Positions 29,436 to 39,781 are shown, numbered from the stretch's first letter. The stretch: 64,000 nt of DNA from an uncultured virus (IMG/VR IMGVR_UViG_3300011897_000001) (IMGVR_UViG_3300011897_000001:1-64000); one strand, 5' to 3'. The notes: generated by a model from the sequence alone, not told the origin. Translations and numbers: made by a program.

Positions 29436-30908
29436 ATGGCCGAGACAGAACAGGCTCCCCTAACTCAAGGGACTGATTCAGCAATCCCCAGAATCAAGCT
29501 TTCGGAGACAGGTCAGCCCGGTCTACGGGTTATCGGTGGTAATATTTTTGAAGGTTGTCAACAAGAGCTGCAATGGCCTCTTTGTATTAATACCTTCAAC
29601 CAGATGAAGAAAGACGGGACAATCAGCTCTGCGGTTCAGCTACTTGAAACGATGATTTCAAAGGTTAAGTGGAAAGTTCAAATTCCTCACAACGCTTCTG
29701 ATGACATGAAACGAAAGGCTCAGTTCCTTGAAGAAGTCATTGAGGATATGGATACTTCACTATTCTCTGTAATCAAAGAGATTAGTAGTTTTAACACTTA
29801 CGGATTTTCAGTTACTGAAAAAGTGTTTCGTCGCCGTCTTCGCTCACAAGGTTCTTATTACAATGATGGTCTAGTAGGGATCAAAAAACTTTCACCTCGT
29901 GGTCAAGAGACTATCGCTAAGTGGGAGTTTGATGAATACAACCGAGACATTACAGGCTTACGTCAGTGGACCATGGTAAAAAATGGTGCTAAAGATTTAG
30001 GTCAAATGTTAGTAGGTCCTGGCGAATTTATCCCCCGTGAGAAGTTCCTGCTTTGCCGTGCAAATGTACGCAAGAACAACCCAACTGGCGAATCTCCGCT
30101 AGTCTACGCTTGGAAAGCTTGGAAATGCAAGGTTGCCCTTGAAGAAGCTGAATTGATTGGCGTCAGCAAGGACATGAGGGGACTTCCTGTTCTTTATATG
30201 CCTGTCCAATATATGACAGACCAAGCAAGTGAGCAAGACAAAGCAGTGTACGATTACATGAAAAAGGTAATGCGTAATCTGCACCGAGAAGAGCAAGAAG
30301 GTTTGATCCTTCCTACTATCTATGAAGATGGTAAAAAGCTTTTTGAATTTGAACTTGCTGGTGTGACTGGTAGTAAAAGTTTCAACGTATCGGAAATTAT
30401 CAACAGGTTCTCTAATGAAATCCTGATGTCCTTTTTCGCTGACGTTCTTAAACTAGGTCAAGGAGCCACTGGTAGTTACAGTCTAGCTGACAGCAAAACT
30501 TCAATCATTGCAACCCGAATTGAATCCGCCCTCATGGAGATTCAAGACCAATTCAACAATGATTTGATTAAGCAGTTAGCTACATTGAATGGCTGGAATC
30601 CTGTAGAGATGCCTAAGCTTGTATATGGTGACATTGACGAGAGGTCAGTCCAAGACTTCAGTAGCGCAATTCAACGTATTAAAGCTGTGAGCATGATTAC
30701 TCCTACTCCTGGCAACATCAACTACATTGCTGAAACTCTAGGTCTTCCTGATCGTGTAGAAGAGAATATGCCACAAGAAGAGCTTAATGAGCTTCTCGGC
30801 GTTATGACTTCTGCATCTGGCAGTGGACTTGAAGAGGGTATGCCTTCCGGAACAGGTTCTGCCGTAGGATCATCTGGTGACAGTTCAACAAGTAATAAAG
30901 AAAACTAA
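29436..30908 (+). CDS. portal protein
   Basis: Directly after TerL; 490 aa; YGFSVTEKV, NPTGESPL, GSYSLA motifs of DUF935-like portals. Confidence 0.85.
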   Translation: MAETEQAPLTQGTDSAIPRIKLSETGQPGLRVIGGNIFEGCQQELQWPLCINTFNQMKKDGTISSAVQLLETMISKVKWKVQIPHNASDDMKRKAQFLEEVIEDMDTSLFSVIKEISSFNTYGFSVTEKVFRRRLRSQGSYYNDGLVGIKKLSPRGQETIAKWEFDEYNRDITGLRQWTMVKNGAKDLGQMLVGPGEFIPREKFLLCRANVRKNNPTGESPLVYAWKAWKCKVALEEAELIGVSKDMRGLPVLYMPVQYMTDQASEQDKAVYDYMKKVMRNLHREEQEGLILPTIYEDGKKLFEFELAGVTGSKSFNVSEIINRFSNEILMSFFADVLKLGQGATGSYSLADSKTSIIATRIESALMEIQDQFNNDLIKQLATLNGWNPVEMPKLVYGDIDERSVQDFSSAIQRIKAVSMITPTPGNINYIAETLGLPDRVEENMPQEELNELLGVMTSASGSGLEEGMPSGTGSAVGSSGDSSTSNKEN

Positions 30909-30917
30909 GGAGCCTTT

Positions 30918-32300
30918 ATGGCACATGCTCTAAGGCTTCTTACTCAGAAGCTATACAATCAGCCTCATCTTATGGAGGCGAAGAGCTTTGAAGCTATCAT
31001 GAGCTACCTTGATCATCGTAACAGTGGTCAAGCTGTTCTGCAAGATAGTGAAGATGAAGTCTCTAAAAAATCTCAGCTGATGTACAACCCAGACACCAAA
31101 GTCGGAATGCTTTCGGTAGAAGGTCCTCTCACTTATAAACCTGTCACTATGATGGGATTTGATTGTGGCGGTGCTAACTACCAAGCAATGAAAGCTGATA
31201 TGGATGCTCTCGCTGAACAGGGGATGAAAACTCTAGTTCTGAATGTAGACAGTGGTGGTGGTGAAGCTTACCAAGTATTTGAGACTGCACAGTACATTCG
31301 TGATGTAGCAAATGCTAACGGTATTCAAATCCTATCCTATATCGACGGTATGAGTGCTTCTGCTGCCTATGCACTGACTTCGATCTCTGATGAGATCGTT
31401 GTTAACCCTCAAGCTGAAGTTGGTAGCATTGGTGTTGTCGTCCGTTTGATGAATGATTCCAAAGCTCTTGAGAAAGAAGGTTATGAACGGACCTTTGTCT
31501 ATGCCGGTGGCAGTAAGGTGCCATTTGCAAAAGATGGTAGTTTCCGTGAAGACTTCATCTCAGATATTCAAAGTAAAGTAGATACCCTTTACGAAAGCTT
31601 TACCGAGTTCGTTGCAGAACACCGTAACATCTCGGTAGAAACTGTTAGATCGACTGAAGCTAAGACTTTCTTGCCAAAAGAAGCACTGAGCCTAGGTCTA
31701 GCAGATGCTGTAATGACTCATGAAGAGTTTTACTCACATTTAGCAGACGTAGCTCAAAAAGAGAATAACATGCTCAAACTTAAATCCAAGATGTTCAATA
31801 TGTCGCAAGACAGTGTTAGTGAGGTTGAAATGAAAGAACTTGAACTAGCTAAAGAACAACTATCCGAAGCACAAGCTCTGCTTTCAGCCAAGGATGTTGA
31901 ACTACAAGCTGCCCTAGAAGATGCTGTAACCCTTAAAGCTTCCTTTGATACTCAAGCTGCTGAACTTGCTGGGGTCAAAGAACAACTAGCTGCATTCCAA
32001 GCTGAAAAAGAAGCTGCTGAACTTGCTGCCAAACAAGCTGTTGCTCAAGCCCGTCTTGAAAAGCTAACCGCTGCTGTTGGTACTGAAAAGGCTTCTGAAC
32101 TTTCTGCTAAGTTTGAAGGTGCTGACGATGCTCTATTTGAAGCAATGGTTGGTGCTCTAGAATTCGCCTCCATCGGCGAGAAAAAATCTGCTTTGTTTAC
32201 CGAAATGGGTACTGCTGAAGCAGGTGTAAAGGTTGAGACTAATCCGTCTATGGAAGAAGCTCTCGCTGCTGCAATCAAAAAACAATACAAAACTAAGTAA
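30918..32300 (+). CDS. prohead protease (S49 family) fused to a scaffold-like coiled coil
   Basis: DSGGGE, SASAAY, VGSIGVV; C-terminal Ala/Glu-rich helix. Confidence 0.88.
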   Translation: MAHALRLLTQKLYNQPHLMEAKSFEAIMSYLDHRNSGQAVLQDSEDEVSKKSQLMYNPDTKVGMLSVEGPLTYKPVTMMGFDCGGANYQAMKADMDALAEQGMKTLVLNVDSGGGEAYQVFETAQYIRDVANANGIQILSYIDGMSASAAYALTSISDEIVVNPQAEVGSIGVVVRLMNDSKALEKEGYERTFVYAGGSKVPFAKDGSFREDFISDIQSKVDTLYESFTEFVAEHRNISVETVRSTEAKTFLPKEALSLGLADAVMTHEEFYSHLADVAQKENNMLKLKSKMFNMSQDSVSEVEMKELELAKEQLSEAQALLSAKDVELQAALEDAVTLKASFDTQAAELAGVKEQLAAFQAEKEAAELAAKQAVAQARLEKLTAAVGTEKASELSAKFEGADDALFEAMVGALEFASIGEKKSALFTEMGTAEAGVKVETNPSMEEALAAAIKKQYKTK

Positions 32301-32317
32301 TTCGAGGACTATATCTA

Positions 32318-32746
32318 ATGGCTATTCTTGACCTAACCTACCGCACCCTTGGCGACCTAGTTGTACATGAACTTGATCCCAGTGTTGGTTATGCTCGTAA
32401 GGTAATCACCCTAAACTTCGCTGCTGCTGGTGATGCTTCTGCTGTCGTAATGGGCACTGTAGTTGCTAAAGCTGCTGCTGACACCACCTACCACAAAGCT
32501 GTTGCTGCTGACCTAACCACCGCCGGCACTCGCTTTGCCGTTGTGTTCGGTGACCGCTTTAGCTGGAAGCCTTCTTTCGCTATCACTGCTGGTCAGAACG
32601 CACAAGCTGTTGCTTTCGTTCGTGATGAAGTAATTCTTTCTGACTACCTCATCAAGCAAGTTAACACTCAATTCAATGCTGCTCAGATTGAGACCCTGAA
32701 AGGTCTGCTTGAAGCGCAGGGCGTTCTAGTTGAGATCGCGTGCTAA
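32318..32746 (+). CDS. head decoration protein
   Basis: Position between protease and capsid genes, 142 aa. Confidence 0.7.
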   Translation: MAILDLTYRTLGDLVVHELDPSVGYARKVITLNFAAAGDASAVVMGTVVAKAAADTTYHKAVAADLTTAGTRFAVVFGDRFSWKPSFAITAGQNAQAVAFVRDEVILSDYLIKQVNTQFNAAQIETLKGLLEAQGVLVEIAC

Positions 32747-32786
32747 GCGCCTCTCTTAAAGTATATCAATCTGGAGTATAATTAAT

Positions 32787-33860
32787 ATGGCTATTGCTTT
32801 TCAACCCAATAACACTGGTCGCGTACTAGAACTTACTAACCAGCTAGTTACCATTCCTAACCAGTGGGGTCTTATCAACTCCATGGGTCTTTTCAATGAG
32901 CAGGGTGTTACCCAGGATACCGTCGCTGTAAGTTCCATGACTGAAGTTGATGGTCTACCAGTTGATCGTAACTGGGATGAGCGTAACAGCACCATCAAGC
33001 CTACCAGCCGTGGTATCTACACCTTCCCAATCCCCCACTTCCCACTAGACACTGCTATTCTGCCTCGTGATCTACAGGGTATTATTTCTTGGGAAAACTT
33101 TGCTCAGAACCTAGACCTGGAGTCTGCTGCTAACGTCCGTGCTCGTAAGATGGATACCCTACGTCGTCGCTATGCTCAACTAGCAGAAGTCGCTCGTATG
33201 CAGATCATCACCTCTGGTACTGTGTATGCTCCTTCCGGCACCCTAGCTCGTGCTTACGGCCCTACTGTAAACTACTACAACGAGTTTGGTGTTACCCGCA
33301 CCGAGATCACCACTGACCTAGCTAACAGCAACGTTGATCCTCTGAGCTACACTGGTCAGATCATTTCTGGTGTTCAAGATGGTCTACTCAATGGCCAAGT
33401 TGTTAGTGATTTCGTGGTTGTGTGCTCTCCTGAGTACTTCCAAGCCCTAATCACCAACCCCTATATCACTGAAGTGTACAAGTACTACCGTCGTGAGCAA
33501 GACCCACTCACCACCCGTCTTGGTGTTCAGGGTATGCCTCTTGATGCTCGTTATCAAGTGTTCAACTTCGGTGGTGTTAGCTTCATTGAGTACCGTGGTA
33601 CTTACACTGATCAGAACGGTATTGTCCAGCGCTTCATTCCTGCTGGCGATGCGTATGCCTTCCCCCTAGGCGTACAAGACATGTTCCAAACCTACTTCGC
33701 TCCTGCGCTACGGTTTGACACTGTTAACACTGTTGGTCAGTCCCAGTACTACTTCGAAGAAATGTCTAGCAAGATGGATAAGATTGAAATCATGTCTGAA
33801 TCCAACATGCTAAACGCTGTTCTTCGGCCACAAGCGATCATCCGCCTACACCTGGCTTAA
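32787..33860 (+). CDS. major capsid protein (lambda gpE-like family)
   Basis: Position, size, strongly biased codon usage, C-terminal ESNML..V.RP.A; followed by terminator. Confidence 0.9.
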   Translation: MAIAFQPNNTGRVLELTNQLVTIPNQWGLINSMGLFNEQGVTQDTVAVSSMTEVDGLPVDRNWDERNSTIKPTSRGIYTFPIPHFPLDTAILPRDLQGIISWENFAQNLDLESAANVRARKMDTLRRRYAQLAEVARMQIITSGTVYAPSGTLARAYGPTVNYYNEFGVTRTEITTDLANSNVDPLSYTGQIISGVQDGLLNGQVVSDFVVVCSPEYFQALITNPYITEVYKYYRREQDPLTTRLGVQGMPLDARYQVFNFGGVSFIEYRGTYTDQNGIVQRFIPAGDAYAFPLGVQDMFQTYFAPALRFDTVNTVGQSQYYFEEMSSKMDKIEIMSESNMLNAVLRPQAIIRLHLA

Positions 33861-33877
33861 TTGCTAGCTCGGGATAT

Positions 33878-33892
33878 GGGGACTTCGGTCCC
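33878..33892 (+). terminator. stem-loop after the capsid gene
   Basis: GGGAC-TTCG-GTCCC (UUCG tetraloop); weak U-tract. Confidence 0.55.
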
Positions 33893-33924
33893 CTTCCCAT
33901 TCCCAAATTCTAAAGAGGTTTGTA

Positions 33925-34137
33925 ATGAACATCAAGAAGCCTGAAGGTCGCTTCCTTAGCACCCAAGCACAAGTTGACAGTCTTTACGAACAACTCGGTA
34001 AAGTCCGTGTTCCTAAAGCTGGCGATGAATCATTCGCTAAATTCAAAGATGTTGAAGCGCTAGACACTGACAGCAAGCTAACCGTCAAGGATGTAGCTGC
34101 TAAACTAAATGAAATTCTACAGGCCCTCAAGGGTTAA
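33925..34137 (+). CDS. small head-fibre/decoration-like protein
   Basis: C-terminal DVAAKLNEILQALKG helix. Confidence 0.5.
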   Translation: MNIKKPEGRFLSTQAQVDSLYEQLGKVRVPKAGDESFAKFKDVEALDTDSKLTVKDVAAKLNEILQALKG

Positions 34138-34153
34138 TAATTCATAAGAGGCG

Positions 34154-34612
34154 GTGAATATGGCTCTATCTAACATCCAGGCTGTACGCCTCTTCATTTC
34201 TGATCGCACTGAACCCTACACCTTCTCCGATGAAGACATTCAATATTTCCTTGATATGTCTGGCAATTCTGTACGCCAAGCATCAATCTTGGCGTTGTAT
34301 GCAATTATAGGAGATTTGGCTAAGAATAAAGCAATCTACCGTGAGACTACTGGTGATATTGAAGTCTGGAGCAACGCCATTGATTGGTACAAGCTACTCC
34401 TAGGAAGCTTTGATAGCAACCCTATGCTTGGTCTTGGTAGTCTGATGCCATATGCAGCCGGGATTGATCGGTGTGATGTTCTGGCCAATGATATGGATTT
34501 GTCAGTTAATAGAGCAAACATTCCTAAAACTGATTGTGGTGTATTCAACTGTCTGCACAAGTTTCAATATGGGATGCCTGAGCTACCTCGATGGGTTGTG
34601 GTTCCATTATGA
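34154..34612 (+). CDS. head-tail adaptor
   Basis: VRLFISD...FSDEDIQYFL motif; position. Confidence 0.7.
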   Translation: MNMALSNIQAVRLFISDRTEPYTFSDEDIQYFLDMSGNSVRQASILALYAIIGDLAKNKAIYRETTGDIEVWSNAIDWYKLLLGSFDSNPMLGLGSLMPYAAGIDRCDVLANDMDLSVNRANIPKTDCGVFNCLHKFQYGMPELPRWVVVPL

Positions 34613-35061
34613 TTACACTTACAGTTGATACCAAGAAGTGGAATAAGCTCAAGAAAGAATTACAGCAACTTGACAATATCAAGATGAAGCTAGGCTGGTT
34701 CGATACTCACTATGGTTCAGAAAACGATAACCTGCCTCACGCATATATCGCAGCATTGCAAGAGGAAGGAAGTGAGAAAATTCCTCCTCGACCATTCATG
34801 CGTGTAGGTCTCAAACAAGAGTTGAAAACGGATACTAAAGCCTTTGCTTTAATGATCCGGTCAGTGACAGCAGGTAAGTCAGCTTTGAGTGCTGTTAAAA
34901 CAGCTTCTCCTGCGTTTGTAGCGATGTTAAAGAAGATCATGAACGAATGGTCCAGTCCTCCTAACGCACCTCGTACAGTGGCTGAGAAAGGATTTAATAA
35001 TCCATTGATTGAGACTGGCGAACTAAGAGACAACATTCAAGTTAAAGTGGAGGGCAGATAA
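34591..35061 (+). CDS. neck/tail-completion protein
   Basis: IPPRPFMR, PPNAP.T...KGFNNPLIETGEL. Confidence 0.75.
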   Translation: MGCGSIMITLTVDTKKWNKLKKELQQLDNIKMKLGWFDTHYGSENDNLPHAYIAALQEEGSEKIPPRPFMRVGLKQELKTDTKAFALMIRSVTAGKSALSAVKTASPAFVAMLKKIMNEWSSPPNAPRTVAEKGFNNPLIETGELRDNIQVKVEGR

Positions 35062-35435
35062 TGAGTTTACCAAGCTTCACTCTAACTAAAACTATTCCAG
35101 TTCAGGTGTTCCGAGAAGGTAAACCTATTGTTGTAAAAGGTCGTCCTGTTCCTGGTCCTGAGATTGAATTTACTATTCAGGCAAATGTACAACCATCAAC
35201 TCCTAAAGACCTTCAACTTTTACCTGAAGCAGATAGGACAAGAGAGTCAATTACACTCTATATGGCTACTCCTGACTTGATTCGTACTGCTCGTGAAGGC
35301 GCTGATAGTCATCAAGCAGATGAAGTTGTGTATGCAGGTCAACGTTACAAGGTAATGCGTGTTCGCAGTTATCGAATGGGTATTTTGGATCAAACGCACG
35401 CTATTGCATCTCGTGAAATTATTTCTGCTAATTAG
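35061..35435 (+). CDS. head closure protein
   Basis: ANVQP...LQLLPE..R; position. Confidence 0.7.
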   Translation: MSLPSFTLTKTIPVQVFREGKPIVVKGRPVPGPEIEFTIQANVQPSTPKDLQLLPEADRTRESITLYMATPDLIRTAREGADSHQADEVVYAGQRYKVMRVRSYRMGILDQTHAIASREIISAN

Positions 35436-35443
35436 GAGATTAG

Positions 35444-35965
35444 ATGAGCATTTTTACTGATCTCCAAGATTCAATTTACGACAGTTTGAAACCTATCTTT
35501 CCAGATAATGAAATTGTTTGGATGTATTTAGATAATCTTGAGCCTGAAGATTCCTACATTGGTCTTTATATCCTAGAAATGGATCAAGTTGGTAGAGAAG
35601 AATATTCAACAAATGTTGAACCAATAGATGCAAGCGGTAATTATTCAATTCTTCTATCTTCACAATATGAAGCGACCGTCCAAGTAAACTTTCGTGGCTC
35701 TCAAGCTCAAGACTTAGCTCTAAGATTAAATCAAGCTACAAGTAATCCCTATTTTTGGGAGATTTGGGATAAAAACAAACTCTCAATTATGCGTAAATCT
35801 TCTTTACGTTCTGCTCCACAAAAAAGAGATACACAATGGGTTATGGGATTTAATCAAGACCTCACCCTATCTTTCGCTTATACACAAAAACAAATGATCG
35901 ACCCAATCGAAAAGATTATCCTTGTGGATAAAGATACGGGCGAAGAAATTACAATCCCACAATAG
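35444..35965 (+). CDS. tail terminator/neck protein
   Basis: Position immediately before the sheath gene. Confidence 0.6.
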   Translation: MSIFTDLQDSIYDSLKPIFPDNEIVWMYLDNLEPEDSYIGLYILEMDQVGREEYSTNVEPIDASGNYSILLSSQYEATVQVNFRGSQAQDLALRLNQATSNPYFWEIWDKNKLSIMRKSSLRSAPQKRDTQWVMGFNQDLTLSFAYTQKQMIDPIEKIILVDKDTGEEITIPQ

Positions 35966-35975
35966 GAAATAACCT

Positions 35976-37007
35976 ATGGCAGAGCTAGAAAATATTGTTT
36001 CAGTTAGCATCACTGCGGAAACCACCACAGTACAAACTGCTAACTTTAACATCCCGCTAATTATTGCTGAATTCAACAACTTCACTGACAGCCGTACTCG
36101 TACTTATGGCAGTGCTGCTGATGTTGCTTCTGATTTCGCCGCAAGCTCCAATGTCTACATTATGGCTCAAAAGGTTTTTGGTCAAAATCAAAAACCAGCT
36201 CAGCTAGTAGTTGGTCGTAAGCTTACTGCTGAAGATTACACTACTGCATACAATGCCATTAAACAAGAGAATGATGAGTGGTTTGGTGTTCTCGCTGAGA
36301 CCCATGTACCTGCTCAGCAACTGCTCCTGGCTGCTGTTGTAGAAGCTGACTCTAAAGTGTATATCACTTCAACTCAAGCTGCCGATGCTCTTACTACGGC
36401 TACTACTGATGTGGGCAGCCAACTAAAAGCTCTTGGTTATGATCAGACTGCTGTAATCTACTCAGCCAACGCTGATAGCCAATTCCCAGAAGCTGCTTGG
36501 GCTGGTAGTCAGCTTACTTATGTACCTGGCTCTAACACTTGGAAGTTCAAAAGCCTAGACGGTGTAACTGTAGATAAGCTTACTGGAACTCAAATTGCCA
36601 ATCTACGTACTAAGAATATTAACTTCTACATCTCAGTTGGCGGAGTATCCATCACTGAAGATGGTAAGATGGCTTCTGGTCGTTGGATTGACGAAATTAT
36701 TCTTGTTGCTTGGACCGAAGCTCGAATGAAAGAATCTGTATTCGGCATGATGATCAACCAAGCCAAAGTACCTTTTACTAACGCCGGTATTGCCATGGTT
36801 GAAGCTCAGATGCGTTCTGTACTCTCCCAAGGCGTTGCCAATGGTGGCTACTCTTCTTATACAGTAACTTCTCCCCGTCTTAGTGATATTCCAGCTAGCC
36901 GCCGTAATGGTCGTATCGCTGGTGACTTTAAATTCCGTGCAGTTCTAGCAGGCGCAATCCATCAAACCGTCATCCAAGGCGTCGTAACAACCGATACGAC
37001 TCAATAG
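35976..37007 (+). CDS. contractile tail sheath protein (DUF3383-like)
   Basis: PGSNTWKFK.L.GV, GKMASGRWIDEI, KVPFT..GI, LAGAIH. Confidence 0.88.
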   Translation: MAELENIVSVSITAETTTVQTANFNIPLIIAEFNNFTDSRTRTYGSAADVASDFAASSNVYIMAQKVFGQNQKPAQLVVGRKLTAEDYTTAYNAIKQENDEWFGVLAETHVPAQQLLLAAVVEADSKVYITSTQAADALTTATTDVGSQLKALGYDQTAVIYSANADSQFPEAAWAGSQLTYVPGSNTWKFKSLDGVTVDKLTGTQIANLRTKNINFYISVGGVSITEDGKMASGRWIDEIILVAWTEARMKESVFGMMINQAKVPFTNAGIAMVEAQMRSVLSQGVANGGYSSYTVTSPRLSDIPASRRNGRIAGDFKFRAVLAGAIHQTVIQGVVTTDTTQ

Positions 37008-37060
37008 TTGACAGCTATATAGGTAGTAGGTTAAAATACCAATTTTATTGGAGTAATATT

Positions 37061-37852
37061 GTGGTCTGCTACCTCTACAAAATAATCAATAAGGTTAACG
37101 GGAAAGTTTATATAGGTCTGACGTCTAACCCTACAATTCGCAAATCTGAACACTTTTCATGTAAAAAGCCAAAAAGCCTAGTTGCGAAAGCCATTAAAAA
37201 GTACGGGAAAGAAAATTTTTCTTTTGAAATACTCTGCAAAGGTTCTAGGAAGTACATATCTGAACTGGAAATAAAAGCCATTCTTCTATACAAATCATCA
37301 GTACCTTTTGGTTACAATATAAGACCTGGTGGTGATGAAGGCGGTAGCGGTTATTTAATTCAAACCAGATCAGATGATAAAGCGGTTTATGCTTCAGGGT
37401 TTTGGTTTCCTAATACAAGAACTGCTGTGAAGAGTCTATCTATAAATACTAAAACTTTCTATGAAAGGCAGTCTTTAGGTAGGTTAGGAGAATGCGAGAT
37501 TTTTAGAAAAGACGCCGTTAAAGACATAGCTCAGTACGTAGGTGGTTTTTGGTTCCCTAATCTCCTGCAAGCTTCAAAGTCTTTAAACGTTTCTCTAGAA
37601 AGTCTTAAGATGAGGTTGTTTAGAGGTTCTACCGAGGCAGAGACTAGAAGGTCCTCAGTAAAACTATCAGAAAATAATCCCATGTTTGGAGTAAAAGGTA
37701 AGGATCACCCCAGAGCTAGGGCGGTATTGATTCAAGGAGAATACTTTGATTCTATATCGGACGCAGTAAGGCAGACCAACTTTACCAAATCTCAAATTGA
37801 GAAGAGATTGAAAAAGAAAGTTGAAGGTTTCGAGTATTTCGATCCTTCTTAA
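37061..37852 (+). CDS. GIY-YIG homing endonuclease
   Basis: YLYKIINKVNGKVYIGLT...R...H, AIKKYG.ENF, E...I, GYN; own promoter TTGACA-N18-TAAAAT at 37008. Confidence 0.88.
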   Translation: MVCYLYKIINKVNGKVYIGLTSNPTIRKSEHFSCKKPKSLVAKAIKKYGKENFSFEILCKGSRKYISELEIKAILLYKSSVPFGYNIRPGGDEGGSGYLIQTRSDDKAVYASGFWFPNTRTAVKSLSINTKTFYERQSLGRLGECEIFRKDAVKDIAQYVGGFWFPNLLQASKSLNVSLESLKMRLFRGSTEAETRRSSVKLSENNPMFGVKGKDHPRARAVLIQGEYFDSISDAVRQTNFTKSQIEKRLKKKVEGFEYFDPS

Positions 37853-37880
37853 TTAAACAGATTAAAGGTAATAAATAAAA

Positions 37881-38426
37881 ATGGCAGAATACGAACAAAC
37901 TAAGAGTTATGATCCTACTCAAGTATCTGTGATTATTCAGGCTACTGTAGATGGTCAGCAATACTCACACGTTATCACTGGCGTTAGCGAAGAAACTATC
38001 ATCTCTATTGAGCGTCAGAATGACCCGTGGTCCAACTATAACGGCGCCTATGGTGATACAACCCGTATCTACAACCCTAATCACTTGAAGTCAAACATTC
38101 GCATCCCTCTACAGCAAACCTCTAACAGCAACGATGTGCTAGATGCGCTGTATGAGCGTGATGTTGATGGTCGTACTAGTGACACACTATTCTCTCTGAC
38201 TATTAAAGATGCTGCTGGTCGTTCCGTCCACTATGCCTCAGAGGCTTGGGTCAGTGTTAAACCAGAGGTAATGTACGGCAATGCAATGAATACCCGTGAA
38301 TGGGTACTTCAAGTTAACTATCTTGAAGATCATATTGCCGGTAATGGTAAGGTCAATCAATCCACAGCAAATGTGATTCGTGCATTTGGTGGTGAAATTG
38401 AAGATAGCTTTATTACTAATGCTTGA
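37881..38426 (+). CDS. tail tube protein
   Basis: SYDPTQVSVI, LQQTS.SN..L, REW motifs; position. Confidence 0.75.
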   Translation: MAEYEQTKSYDPTQVSVIIQATVDGQQYSHVITGVSEETIISIERQNDPWSNYNGAYGDTTRIYNPNHLKSNIRIPLQQTSNSNDVLDALYERDVDGRTSDTLFSLTIKDAAGRSVHYASEAWVSVKPEVMYGNAMNTREWVLQVNYLEDHIAGNGKVNQSTANVIRAFGGEIEDSFITNA

Positions 38427-38433
38427 TAAGGAT

Positions 38434-38455
38434 GGGGGAATCTCTCCCCCTTTCT
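38434..38455 (+). terminator. intrinsic terminator after the tube gene
   Basis: GGGGGA...TCCCCC stem then TTTCT. Confidence 0.55.
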
Positions 38456-38468
38456 CTTAGGAGAATTT

Positions 38469-38969
38469 ATGGCCGTAAAAATGTATGACCCTTCGGCTGT
38501 AAGCATTCTTCTGGCTGGAGTATTGCCGATCACAGGAGTTGCTGAAGGAACCTTTGTCAGCGTCGCTAAAGACACTCCGTACTACACCACTTCCAAAAGT
38601 ACAGATGGTCAAGTTTATCGAACCTTTCAGAATGATAACACTTTCACGGTAAAGATAACTCTTGCTTCAAGTAGTGAAAGCAATGGTTGGTTTGATAAGC
38701 TTTTAAAAGCCGATGTTATCACTCAAAAAGGTATTTTCCCCCTGTTCATTAAAGATAACTCTGGTAGTAGTTTCTTCTATTCAACATCGTCTTGGATTGA
38801 GGCGGAACCAAGCCTTGTTTTTGCTGATGATGTTGAGGCACTTGAGTGGACTATTAGAAGTTCACAAGGTCTAATTAACTACGGCGGCAATGACGGAAAA
38901 GCGTCTCTTGAGGAAGATATTCTAAATACAGTTACATCTGCACTGCCTATTCTAAGCGGGGTATTCTAA
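38469..38969 (+). CDS. tube-like structural protein
   Basis: YDPSAVSI..., LASSS.SN, EW.I: tube-fold paralog. Confidence 0.65.
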   Translation: MAVKMYDPSAVSILLAGVLPITGVAEGTFVSVAKDTPYYTTSKSTDGQVYRTFQNDNTFTVKITLASSSESNGWFDKLLKADVITQKGIFPLFIKDNSGSSFFYSTSSWIEAEPSLVFADDVEALEWTIRSSQGLINYGGNDGKASLEEDILNTVTSALPILSGVF

Positions 38970-39452
38970 ATGTCTTTTGATGTTAAGACTTTTAACCCTG
39001 CTGATGTAATGTTCAGTCTAGGCGGAGCCACTATTGTCGGTTGGAATTCAATTTCCATAAAAAGAGATTCACCCCCGTTCACTGTGAAAAAGGGAATTAG
39101 AGGTAAGCATACCCGAATTCGCAGCTATGATACAAGCGCCACTTTAACAATATCTTTACCTCAGATCAGTGACTGGAATGATGTGTTCTCTTCAATTGTG
39201 ACTCAGGACATTGAGAGTGCTACTGGTCGCTGCGAGATAATGCTTCAAGATTACTCAGGTTCAAGTCTATTTAGCAGTACCCAAGCATATGTTGTAGACT
39301 ATGCTGAGACCACCTTTGATTCAAGCATTCAAGCAAGAAGCTGGACCATTCAGTGTTTGACCACTGAAAATTATTTTGTTGGTGGAGCTTCATCTCCATC
39401 TACTAATCTTTTCGACTCTGCTATTCGTAATATATCAGATTTCTTTTCTTAA
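38970..39452 (+). CDS. tube-like structural protein
   Basis: FNPADV..., RSWTI: tube-fold paralog. Confidence 0.65.
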   Translation: MSFDVKTFNPADVMFSLGGATIVGWNSISIKRDSPPFTVKKGIRGKHTRIRSYDTSATLTISLPQISDWNDVFSSIVTQDIESATGRCEIMLQDYSGSSLFSSTQAYVVDYAETTFDSSIQARSWTIQCLTTENYFVGGASSPSTNLFDSAIRNISDFFS

Positions 39453-39472
39453 CATAAAATTTAGGAGATTTT

Positions 39473-39781
39473 ATGGCTCGTCAACAAACCACTATCAATG
39501 TAGATGGACAAGATTATCTTGTCACCAAATTCCCTGCTGATTTCGGTTGGGACCTTCAGTCTAAGCTTGCAGAGTTTGCCGGGCTAGGTAAAATGCCCGA
39601 TGCTGCGACTATGAAAGAAGTTATTTGTAAAGGTGTAGCAATCGGTTCCGTCGAATTTAGTGCTGCTAAGTTTAATGATCACTTCTCTGGTAAATATGCT
39701 CACCTTATGAAGCTGTTTGAGGAGGTATTGAAGTATAACTTCGATGAAAATTTTACCGAAAGCGATACAAACGAGAAGTAA
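39473..39781 (+). CDS. tail assembly chaperone (G-like)
   Basis: Position before the tape measure gene; slippery heptamer near the 3' end. Confidence 0.75.
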   Translation: MARQQTTINVDGQDYLVTKFPADFGWDLQSKLAEFAGLGKMPDAATMKEVICKGVAIGSVEFSAAKFNDHFSGKYAHLMKLFEEVLKYNFDENFTESDTNEK

